Source: an uncultured Syntrophorhabdus sp.
Lineage (GTDB): Bacteria; Desulfobacterota; BSN033; UBA1163
Length of the DNA: 64,000 nucleotides
NCBI GenBank assembly: GCA_964477935.1
Contig: CAYZFX010000005.1
Location: forward strand, 31,384 to 95,383
Direction of reading: 5' to 3'
Within the stretch, counting starts at the first letter, position 1, and each line of letters opens with the position of its first letter. The notes beneath the pieces were generated by a model, which was not told where the DNA came from, did no database searches, and saw only the letters and a list, made by a program, of their open reading frames with translations. Made by a program: the position numbers and the translations under genes. Positions 52,073-60,054 of the stretch are shown piece after piece.

Positions 52073-52293
52073 CCGTTGTGACGTAACTTTTTGGACAATC
52101 GAGTCTCCTGTGGGTTAAACTTAAATGCGATGAATAAGCCGAGTCCTCGATCCTCCTTTTCAAATCTCAGCAGTCCCATGCCGTGGCCGAAGAAGATATG
52201 GCGCTTTCTCAGAAATAATTGGATTAAAATCAGTCGCTTCCAATCCTGCTGTGGCCATCCTGGTGAGCCAGGTTGCTGACAGGCCAAAGAGGA

Positions 52294-52313
52294 AAAGCCT
52301 CGGAGAGGCTTTT
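52294..52313 (+). promoter_or_regulatory. Terminator/attenuator-like hairpin AAAGCCTC-GGA-GAGGCTTT plus TT, 13 nt upstream of the DUF523 gene start
   Basis: 8-bp perfect stem read from sequence. The U-run is only 4 nt. Confidence 0.3.
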
Positions 52314-52325
52314 GAGAGGGGAAGG

Positions 52326-53276
52326 ATGGAGAGGAAAATCAAGCTGGGAATCAGCACGTGCCTGCTCGGGCAGAATGTCCGCTACGATGGAGGGCATAAA
52401 CTGGACCGCTTCCTTCGAGATACCCTCGGTCGATATGTGGAGTATCTCCCCATCTGTCCGGAGGTTGAGTGTGGTCTTCCGATTCCGCGGGAGGCGATGC
52501 ATCTGGTGGGTCCTCCCGATTCCCCCAGGTTGGTGACGATTCAAACGAAAAGGGATCTGACGGACCAGATGGTCCGATGGGCGCGAAAACGGGTAGTTGA
52601 ACTGGAGAAGGAAGATCTCTGCGGTTTCATCTTCAAGAGCGACTCCCCGAGCAGCGGGATGGAGCGGGTCAGGGTCTACAACGAAAAAGGAATACCCGTC
52701 AAAAAGGGCGTCGGCCTATTCGCAAGGATCTTTATGGAACACTTTCCCCTGTTGCCCGTGGAGGAGGAAGGCAGGCTCCACGATCCGAAGCTCAGGGAGA
52801 ACTTCATCGAACGGATCTTCACGTTGAAACGCTGGAGGGAGACCCTCGCCCGGGGGGAGAACCGAGGAAATCTGGTCGAATTTCATACCCGCCATAAACT
52901 TCTCATTCTTTCCCACAGCCCGAAGCATTACCAGATCCTTGGAACGTTGGTCGCTAAGGCAAAGGAGTTTTCTGTCAAAGACCTCTACCGTAAATATCAG
53001 ACCCTTCTCATGGAGGCCCTTCAGCAGAAAACCACCCCGAAGAAGAACGCCAACGTCCTGATGCACATGATGGGCTATTTCAAGGATCAACTCTCTTCCG
53101 GAGAGAAACAGGAGTTGCTCGAAGTGATCGCCCTTTATCGTCAGGAGTATCTCCCTTTAATCGTTCCCGTAACCCTTATGCAACACTATGTCCGGAAATT
53201 CGATCAGCCCTACCTGAAAGAACAGGTCTATCTATACCCCCACCCAGTGGAACTTCAACTGCGAAACCACGTCTGA
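52326..53276 (+). CDS. DUF523 (TudS-like 2-thiouracil desulfidase family) fused to DUF1722 (YbgA-like)
   Basis: About 316 aa, MERKIKLGISTCLLGQNVRYDGGHK…CPEVECGLPIPRE…. The ORF extends upstream to 52251. Confidence 0.65.
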   Translation: MERKIKLGISTCLLGQNVRYDGGHKLDRFLRDTLGRYVEYLPICPEVECGLPIPREAMHLVGPPDSPRLVTIQTKRDLTDQMVRWARKRVVELEKEDLCGFIFKSDSPSSGMERVRVYNEKGIPVKKGVGLFARIFMEHFPLLPVEEEGRLHDPKLRENFIERIFTLKRWRETLARGENRGNLVEFHTRHKLLILSHSPKHYQILGTLVAKAKEFSVKDLYRKYQTLLMEALQQKTTPKKNANVLMHMMGYFKDQLSSGEKQELLEVIALYRQEYLPLIVPVTLMQHYVRKFDQPYLKEQVYLYPHPVELQLRNHV

Positions 53277-53296
53277 ACCTCTGGCCTGGCCCTTTT

Positions 53297-53670
53297 GTGT
53301 GTCCACTCCTATTGGGTCGCACTCATGATGTTCGGCCTGGGTCAGAACCGGCCATTAAAGAAATCGCCAAACGACTCCAGGAGAAGACAGGATGGAAACA
53401 CTTCGGGGTGGACCATAGGGCCATGGGGGTAGTAAAGATTACAACAGGAAACATGCAAAGGCAAGGGCTGATGGGGTGGTAAAAGAGCTTATGACTAAAT
53501 ACAAGATCTCTCTCAACAGACTTAAGGCCTACGGTGTGGGTTCCCTGGCTCCGGTAGCCCCCATAAAACAGAGGACGGCCGTGCCAAGAGCAGGCGTGTG
53601 GAGCTGGGGGAGCAAAAACCTCCCTGCCCTAAGCGCCTTATCCCAGATATCCCCTCTCTCGGACCGGTGA
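53297..53670 (+). pseudogene. Decayed, multiply frameshifted remnant of an OmpA/MotB-like C-terminal peptidoglycan-binding domain
   Basis: Three frames carry consecutive OmpA_C-like pieces: …PAIKEIAKRLQEKTGWKHFGVDHRAMG…, …ISLNRLKAYGVGSLAPVAPIKQRT…, …GRAKSRRVELGE…. Compare the consensus LS..RA.aV..yL…G.GE..P…GRA.NRRVE. There is no intact ORF and no N-terminal domain. Confidence 0.35.
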
Positions 53671-53724
53671 AGGGCCGGGAGGGAATCTCCCTCCGGCTAA
53701 GCAGAATGGTCTCACGGAGGATTG

Positions 53725-54891
53725 CTAAGTCCATATTCCCACGATCGGATACCCGCAGAACCGGCACCTTCCATTTCTGACCTCATTGGCAGAAACAGAA
53801 AAGTGGGTTCGATGGATGATCTTTTTCTTACACCTCGGGCAGAAGGTGGAGTTCATCTCATGGCCCGGGACGTTTCCGATATAGACATATTCCAATCCCT
53901 CCTCCTTGGCAATCCTGTAAGCCCGTTCCAGAGTCTCCAAAGGGGTGGGCGGAAGATGGGTCAGTTTATAATTCGGGAAAAACCGATTAAAGTGGAGGGG
54001 GACGTCCTTACCGAGGCTGTTTCTTATCCAGTGGCACATTCTCTTGAGATCCGAAGGGTCGTCATTCAATGTGGGAATGACGAGGTTGACGATTTCGAGG
54101 TGTCTGCCGGAGGATCGGACCGTTTTGAGGGTATGAAGCACGGGTTCAAGCTCTGAGGAGGAGATATCCCCGTAAAACTTTTCGTTAAAGGCTTTCAGGT
54201 CTATTGTGACGGCATCCATATGTTTGAGGAGATCGAGTAGGGGTTCTGAACGGATGGAGCCATTGGTATGGTAAAGGGTTTTTAGCCCCCTCCCCTTGGC
54301 TATTTTGACAATATCAAACATAAACTCATAAAAGACCGTGGGTTCCGAATAGGTAAAAGAGACCGTGGCGCAGCGATATTCAATGGCTTTTCGAACGATC
54401 TCCTCGGGTGTCATCATTAAAAAAGGGATCTCCTCCATACTTTTCTGAGAGAGATGCCAGTTATGACAGAATTTGCAGCGGAAATTACAGCTGGCCGTGG
54501 CCGTGCACAAGATCTGGGTGCCCGGGATCATGTGGAAAGAGGGCTCTTTCTCAATGGGATCGATCTGGAGGGCCGCCGCTTTTCCATAGACGATGCTGTA
54601 TAGGGTGCCGTTCATGTTCTCCCGGTTTCTACAGAATCCCCTTTTCCCCTGGGGGATTTCACACCCCCTGAAGCAGAGGTGGCATTGCACCCTTCCCTGG
54701 GAGAGCTTCTTGTAATACCGGGCCTCCTGGAGAATCTCTGCCCTTTTTTGACCATAGACACGAGGGGATAAAAACAGAAGAGGGAGGAAACCCCCGACCA
54801 GACACCTCCTCCCGATCTCCTTAAGGAATTGCCGACGGTTGACTCCCACCATCCTGGATTTAAGTTTAGAGGGAGACATCCCCTTTGTCAA
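53725..54891 (-). CDS. AmmeMemoRadiSam-system-type radical SAM enzyme (PflA-like) with an N-terminal twin-arginine (Tat) signal peptide
   Basis: CNFRCKFC (Cx3Cx2C) motif preceded by …VQCHLCFRGCEI…GFC…, characteristic of the family. The N-terminus reads …NRRQFLKEIGRRCLVGGFLPLLFLSPRVYG (RRxFLK Tat consensus, hydrophobic core, then a VYG-Q site). Possible starts are TTG at 54891 or ATG at 54879 or 54852. Confidence 0.75.
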   Translation of the reverse strand: MTKGMSPSKLKSRMVGVNRRQFLKEIGRRCLVGGFLPLLFLSPRVYGQKRAEILQEARYYKKLSQGRVQCHLCFRGCEIPQGKRGFCRNRENMNGTLYSIVYGKAAALQIDPIEKEPSFHMIPGTQILCTATASCNFRCKFCHNWHLSQKSMEEIPFLMMTPEEIVRKAIEYRCATVSFTYSEPTVFYEFMFDIVKIAKGRGLKTLYHTNGSIRSEPLLDLLKHMDAVTIDLKAFNEKFYGDISSSELEPVLHTLKTVRSSGRHLEIVNLVIPTLNDDPSDLKRMCHWIRNSLGKDVPLHFNRFFPNYKLTHLPPTPLETLERAYRIAKEEGLEYVYIGNVPGHEMNSTFCPRCKKKIIHRTHFSVSANEVRNGRCRFCGYPIVGIWT

Positions 54892-54908
54892 TCTTTATCC
54901 TCGTTCCG

Positions 54909-54982
54909 GTTAGGCATCGGCCTTAGGGTAAGGGTCAGTAGGGTCGTTAGGTTTGTTCAGAAGGGGCCTTACTTTAAGGCCC
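54909..54982. promoter_or_regulatory. Candidate operator cluster in the rSAM/lemA divergent region: tandem TAGGGT-like direct repeats (54925-54953) and a 19-bp palindrome GGGCCTTA-CTT-TAAGGCCC (54964-54982)
   Basis: Read directly from sequence. Confidence 0.35.
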
Positions 54983-55080
54983 TGCCCTCAACTTACCGAT
55001 CAAGAAAGGGGCCACGAATGGCTTGAAAAAATTCTTGAAGTTCTGTAACCTGAAGTATCATCTCACCCTGGGAGGCCCAC

Positions 55081-55638
55081 ATGACCCTTATCCTCATTCT
55101 CCTCCTTCTCGCAGGTTGTGCCGTTGTGGGGGTAGCGATTTATAATAAACTCGTCCGGCTCAGAAATACCGTGAAGTCTTCGTGGTCCGACATCGATGTC
55201 CAGTGTAAAAAGCGATTCGACCTCGTTCCCCATCTCGTGGAGACGGTGAGAGGCTATGCCTCCCATGAAAAGGCCGTCTTTGAGAAGGTTACGCAGGCGA
55301 GGACGATGGCCATGCAGGCAAACGCACCAGCAGAGATGGCCAAAGCAGAAAATATGATCCGGGATACACTCAAAAGCCTGTTTGCCGTTGCAGAGGCTTA
55401 CCCCGAACTTAAGGCCAATGCCAATTTCCTGCAGCTCCAGAGCCAGTTGCAAGAACTGGAGAACAATATCGAATACGCCCGGCGGTATTACAATGCGGTC
55501 GTTCGAGACTTCAACATCCTGATCGAATCGTTCCCTTCAAACCTCATTGCCTCCGCCTTCCATTTTAAACAGGCCGAGCTCTTCCAGCTTGAGACGCCTG
55601 AAGCCGAAAGGAGACCGGTGAAGGTGAGCTTCTCCTAA
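55081..55638 (+). CDS. lemA: LemA-family protein
   Basis: 185 aa with an N-terminal TM segment and a LemA helical domain (…YNKLVRLRNTVKSSWSDIDVQCKKRFDLVP…). Confidence 0.85.
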   Translation: MTLILILLLLAGCAVVGVAIYNKLVRLRNTVKSSWSDIDVQCKKRFDLVPHLVETVRGYASHEKAVFEKVTQARTMAMQANAPAEMAKAENMIRDTLKSLFAVAEAYPELKANANFLQLQSQLQELENNIEYARRYYNAVVRDFNILIESFPSNLIASAFHFKQAELFQLETPEAERRPVKVSFS

Positions 55639-55694
55639 GTTCAGATTGGGAAGTTCAGATTGGGAAGACCGATGGTCGAGGGGAGGGAGAAAAA

Positions 55695-57428
55695 ATGAAA
55701 AATTTAACCATTCTTTCTGTCTTTCTCTGCCTCCTCCTATTCTCTTCTCCTGCTTTCCCTCAACATTTCACCATCACGAAATTTCATGCCGACCTCGTGA
55801 TTCAGAAAGATTCTTCCGTTACCGTCCAGGAGACGATCGTGGTGAGGTTTCATCGGCCCAGGCATGGAATTTACCGGGAAATTCCTTTTAAATACAGGGA
55901 CGAATTTGGCAGGACGATCACGACACCGACGACCATCCTCTCTGTGAAAGATGAATCCGGGAATCCTTGGAAATATCAGGTCAAGAGGGCTGGATCTTTG
56001 CTCAATATCCGAATCGGAGATCCGAAAAGGTTCCTCTCTGGAAACCAGACCTATGTGATCACCTACGAGGTGGAGAATGCCCTCCTCTTTCTCGAAGACC
56101 ATGATGAGCTTTACTGGAATGTCACCGGCCATTCCTGGAAGGCCGATATCAGCCATTCCTCAGCCGAGGTCTCCCTGGCGACCAAGGAGAAGAGCAAGAA
56201 CCTCTGGGCTGCTGGATTCACAGGACCTTTTGGTTCTAAGATTTCGGAGTGCGACTATGAAGCGAACGACAACAGGGGAAGATTCATTGCCCGGAAGGGG
56301 CTGGGTCCTGGCGAAGGTTTGACCATTGCCTTTGGATGGGATAAGGGGCTTGTCTCGCCACCCCCCTCCTGGAAGAGATTCTTATGGAGGATCGACCTTA
56401 AGGAGAATGGGGTCTTTCTCCTCCCCATGGTCTCCCTCTGCTTCATGGTGACCCTCTGGTTCCGCAGAGGACGGGATCCGAGGGTAAGGGAGGCCCTCAC
56501 AGTAGTTTATGAACCTCCTAAACTGGGGAACCGTTTCCTCACTCCGGCAGAGGCAGGGACCCTGCTCGATGAAAAACTGGATCCCAGGGATATCACCTCG
56601 ACGATCGTTGGACTTGCCGTCAAGGGATATATCCAGATCGAGGAGGTGAAGCAGGAGGGATTGATTTTTGACCGATCGGATTTCTATCTCAACCAGATGA
56701 AGGAACCGGACAGCACCTTGAGTACTTTCGAGGCGGAATTGATGAGACGCCTCTTTACCTCCGGTCGATCCCGTCTTCGGGTCTCGGATCTGAAGAATCA
56801 ATTTTACAAGGAGTTACCCGCCTTGAAAAAAATGCTCTATGGCGAGCTCGTTAGGAACCATTTTTTTCTTGTCAACCCGGAGAAGGTGCGGAACCTCTAC
56901 TTCTTGGCGGCGTTTCTCATCATCGTCTTTGGAGGTTTCGTCCTGACGTTCCTCTCTCCCCATGCGTTAGGGAAAGGATTGATCGCCAGCGGATTGACAG
57001 GACTTCCCGTCCTCCTTTTTGGGCCGCACATGCCGGCCAAGACCAAAGCAGGCACCCTCGCTTATATGTCGCTCTTAGGATTTCAGGAGTTTATGAACCG
57101 GGCCGAAAAGGACCGGCTCGAACGGATGGGAGATAAAACCCTCTTTTCAAGATTCTTGCCTTATGCCATGGCCCTCGATGTGGTGGATAACTGGGCCAAG
57201 GCATTCGAGGGGATTTATCAAGAACCCCCGAGCTGGTATGTCTCCCCCGGAGGGTACAGAGCTTTCCGTCCCGCAGGGTTTACTCGCTCAATTAACACCA
57301 TCACCTCAAGCCTTGGCTCGGCCCTGTTCTCCGCCCCCAGAGGAAGCCGGGGTGGAAGCGGCGGAGGATTGGGGGGAGGAGGATTCTCCGGAGGGGGCTT
57401 CGGCGGTGGTGGTGGAGGGAGTTGGTAA
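55695..57428 (+). CDS. DUF2207 domain membrane protein (the usual LemA partner) with a Gly-rich C-terminal tail
   Basis: 577 aa with a signal peptide, an extracytoplasmic domain, several TM segments and a C-terminal …RGSRGGSGGGLGGGGFSGGGFGGGGGGSW. Confidence 0.75.
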   Translation: MKNLTILSVFLCLLLFSSPAFPQHFTITKFHADLVIQKDSSVTVQETIVVRFHRPRHGIYREIPFKYRDEFGRTITTPTTILSVKDESGNPWKYQVKRAGSLLNIRIGDPKRFLSGNQTYVITYEVENALLFLEDHDELYWNVTGHSWKADISHSSAEVSLATKEKSKNLWAAGFTGPFGSKISECDYEANDNRGRFIARKGLGPGEGLTIAFGWDKGLVSPPPSWKRFLWRIDLKENGVFLLPMVSLCFMVTLWFRRGRDPRVREALTVVYEPPKLGNRFLTPAEAGTLLDEKLDPRDITSTIVGLAVKGYIQIEEVKQEGLIFDRSDFYLNQMKEPDSTLSTFEAELMRRLFTSGRSRLRVSDLKNQFYKELPALKKMLYGELVRNHFFLVNPEKVRNLYFLAAFLIIVFGGFVLTFLSPHALGKGLIASGLTGLPVLLFGPHMPAKTKAGTLAYMSLLGFQEFMNRAEKDRLERMGDKTLFSRFLPYAMALDVVDNWAKAFEGIYQEPPSWYVSPGGYRAFRPAGFTRSINTITSSLGSALFSAPRGSRGGSGGGLGGGGFSGGGFGGGGGGSW

Positions 57429-57637
57429 TAAACGGGTTAACCTGTTTTGAGACCCTGCAGGCTCATCGATCGACCCGAGATTGCACGGGAGTTAACTTCC
57501 CAGTGGGGAGTTTACTTCACTCACGGAGGTGCAGCGTCCCTCTACCCGGAGCTGTCAGGAGATAAGGACCGATTCGCGAAAGAATACGGGGCCATAGCCG
57601 ACCCGGTTTAGGCAGATATATCCAGCAGGAATCTCGG

Positions 57638-58603
57638 ATGCGAGGTTATCTCGGGATTGACGTTGGTTCTGTGAGTACGAAACTGGCTGTTCTGGATCAA
57701 GAAGGCAAGGTCGTTGCCCAACGTTACCTTCTCACCCATGGACAGCCCATCCAAGCCGTGCAGAAGGGATTGAAAGAACTCTCTTCTTCCCTTCCAAAAA
57801 CACTCGAGATCCGAGGGGTAGGAACGACTGGAAGCGCCCGTCGGTTAACGGGCCTTCTGGTGGGGGCTGACGTGGTCAGGAATGAAATCACCGCCCATGC
57901 CCTGGCCGCTGTCCATTTCTTTCCGGATGTGAGAACCGTGATCGAGATCGGTGGGCAGGATTCGAAGATCATCATCATCAGGGATGGACTTGTCGTCGAC
58001 TTCGGGATGAATACGGTCTGCGCGGCGGGGACGGGTTCTTTTCTCGATCAACAGGCACTACGGTTGGGCATTCCCATTGAGACGTTTGGGGAGCATGCGC
58101 TCCGGTCCGAATCTCCGGTCCGTGTGGCGGGAAGGTGCACGGTTTTTGCGGAATCGGATATGGTGCACAAGCAGCAATTAGGATGCTCGATCCCGGATAT
58201 CGTCGCCGGCCTTTGCGAGGCCCTGGTCCGAAACTATCTCAATAATGTAGCTAAAGGGAAGGAGATCCAGAGACCGATCCTGTTCCAGGGAGGGGTGGCT
58301 GCCAACTCGGGGATCAAGCGGGCCCTTGAAAGGGAGCTGAAGGCGGAGATCGAGGTTCCCCCTTTCTATTCTGTCATGGGAGCGATCGGGTCGGCCCTTT
58401 TGGCCAGAGAGAAGATGGACGGTTCAACGCCTTCTCGTTTTAAAGGCTTCGGAATTGTGGAAGTCCCTTGTCGCACCCGGAACTTCATTTGCAAGGATTG
58501 TGAGAATGCCTGCGAGGTGGTGGAATTTATGGTCGAAGAAAAAACCGTTTCCTACTGGAGTGACCGGTGCGGGAAATGGGAATCACAGGCCAAGAAACTT
58601 TAG
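57638..58603 (+). CDS. BadF/BadG/BcrA/BcrD-type ATPase (2-hydroxyacyl-CoA dehydratase activator, HgdC-like) with a C-terminal Cys-rich extension
   Basis: 321 aa with an actin-fold N-terminus (LGIDVGSVSTKLAV), CAAGTGSF, and a tail …CRTRNFICKDCENACEV…. Confidence 0.8.
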   Translation: MRGYLGIDVGSVSTKLAVLDQEGKVVAQRYLLTHGQPIQAVQKGLKELSSSLPKTLEIRGVGTTGSARRLTGLLVGADVVRNEITAHALAAVHFFPDVRTVIEIGGQDSKIIIIRDGLVVDFGMNTVCAAGTGSFLDQQALRLGIPIETFGEHALRSESPVRVAGRCTVFAESDMVHKQQLGCSIPDIVAGLCEALVRNYLNNVAKGKEIQRPILFQGGVAANSGIKRALERELKAEIEVPPFYSVMGAIGSALLAREKMDGSTPSRFKGFGIVEVPCRTRNFICKDCENACEVVEFMVEEKTVSYWSDRCGKWESQAKKL

Positions 58604-58693
58604 ATGAATCTGCCAACCGCAGGGAGGAAGCCCGGAATGGAGGTTTTAGATTGGGTCGAAAGGAGAAGCGCATTGGGAGGCTTTTTTTGACCG

Positions 58694-58960
58694 ATGAAGC
58701 TTACCATTCCTCATCTTGGCCCTTTCAATATCTTTCTACGCCCCATGTCGAGAAAGGTCGGCCCGGCATTTATCTTTCTCCCGATGAACAGCCCTAAGAT
58801 TTTCCTTTTAGAAGCGCCATACACTCCTGAAGCGACTTGCCTTCCGTTCAAGGTTATCCTTCGAAATTTTATCGAAGGCCGGCGGGACAGAGTCGATACG
58901 TTTGCCATAACTATGGGTCATGGTCCCTGCCGGTTAGGGAGGTCCGATGTGGTCAGCTAA
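58694..58960 (+). pseudogene. Truncated, decayed paralog fragment of the N-terminal part of the DUF2229 genes
   Basis: …TIPHLGPFNIFL…PEATCLPFKVILRNFIEG…TMGHGPCRLGRSDV aligns with the 60051 gene (…TTPYLGTLHMAY…PEFACFPFKVTLGSMIEA…IGGWGPCRFGYYDV) but lacks the intervening segment and the rest of the protein. Confidence 0.4.
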
Positions 58961-59079
58961 CCGATCTTCAGGGATCTCGGATTTCGGTTCGACCGGATTG
59001 CCATGGAGGAGACGCGGATTAGGCAAGACGATGTCCTCCGTTTTAAACGGAAGGGATAGAAAGCAAATCGGAGGAGGTC

Positions 59080-60054
59080 GTGACCAAGATTGGAATTCCC
59101 CGAGGGCTTCTCTTCTACCGGTATTTTCCTCTCTGGGAGACATTTTTTGAAGCCTTGGGAATGGAGGTGGTCGTCTCCCAGCCTACGACCGAGGCCACCA
59201 TCCGGGAGGGAGCCCGATGGGTGCCGGCCGATCTCTGTCTCCCCGTTAAGATCTTTTTTGGCCATATCAGCTCACTCCGGAAGCGTGTTGATTTTCTCTT
59301 TATTCCTCGCTTTATCAGCGTTGAACCCGATGCCTATATGTGCCCGAAACTCATCGGCCTGCCGGATATGGTCCTCTGCACGATGGGACCTCTTCCCCCT
59401 TTGATCGACTTTCCTATACACTGCAAGGCCAGAGGGGGGGAGGCAGAAAAGGCTTTCTTCCTCCAGGCAGGAGGGATCTTTACTCGAGACAGGGAGAGGA
59501 TAGAAAAAAGTTATGCCTCGGGGTCCGAAAGGCAATCCCGTTTCCGGATGCTCCTCCATAAGGGCCTCTCCTTCGAAGAAGCCCTTCATCGGAGTAAGCT
59601 GCCCATTCTTCCGGAGGTGCGGGAAGAGGATGAACAAGAGAAGATCGGAATCATTGGAAGGCCTTATTATGTTCACGATCCTCTTCTCAGACAATCGGTA
59701 GCTGAACAGGTGGAAACACGAGGATATCGTCTTCTGACCTCTGAGGGGGTGACCGACCAGAATATAGAGAAAGGCCTTGAGAAGCTTCGGAAACGAATCT
59801 ACTGGTCTTACGGAAAGGAGATGGTGGGAGCAGCGATCCATTTTGCCCAGAGCGGATCGGTCCAGGGAATCCTCAGCATCGCTTCCTTTGGGTGTGGCCA
59901 GGATTCCTTTAATTTCGAGTTAATTCGACACTATGTCAAAAATAAGATCCCTATCCTCTCGCTTGTCTTCGATGAACACCTCTCCCACGTTGGCTTCTCG
60001 ACAAGGGTTGAGGCCTTTCTCGAGATGGTTCTGCGAAGGAATAATCGAACATGA
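59080..60054 (+). CDS. DUF2229-like (acyl-CoA dehydratase activase-related) protein, subunit 1
   Basis: 324 aa. The N-terminus (…RGLLFYRYFPLWETFFEALGMEVVVS…ADLCLPVKIFFGHI…) is paralogous to the next gene. Confidence 0.6.
   Translation: MTKIGIPRGLLFYRYFPLWETFFEALGMEVVVSQPTTEATIREGARWVPADLCLPVKIFFGHISSLRKRVDFLFIPRFISVEPDAYMCPKLIGLPDMVLCTMGPLPPLIDFPIHCKARGGEAEKAFFLQAGGIFTRDRERIEKSYASGSERQSRFRMLLHKGLSFEEALHRSKLPILPEVREEDEQEKIGIIGRPYYVHDPLLRQSVAEQVETRGYRLLTSEGVTDQNIEKGLEKLRKRIYWSYGKEMVGAAIHFAQSGSVQGILSIASFGCGQDSFNFELIRHYVKNKIPILSLVFDEHLSHVGFSTRVEAFLEMVLRRNNRT

Noticed and set aside
53277-53724. Possible tmRNA/tRNA-like or RNase P RNA in the long convergent spacer
   Set aside because: CCATAGGGC and, on the minus strand, CCCCCAGCTCCAC superficially recall RNase P and the tmRNA 3' end. 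There is no TΨC-loop consensus (GTTCRANYC) and no acceptor-stem partner. The region is better explained as frameshifted OmpA_C coding remnants.
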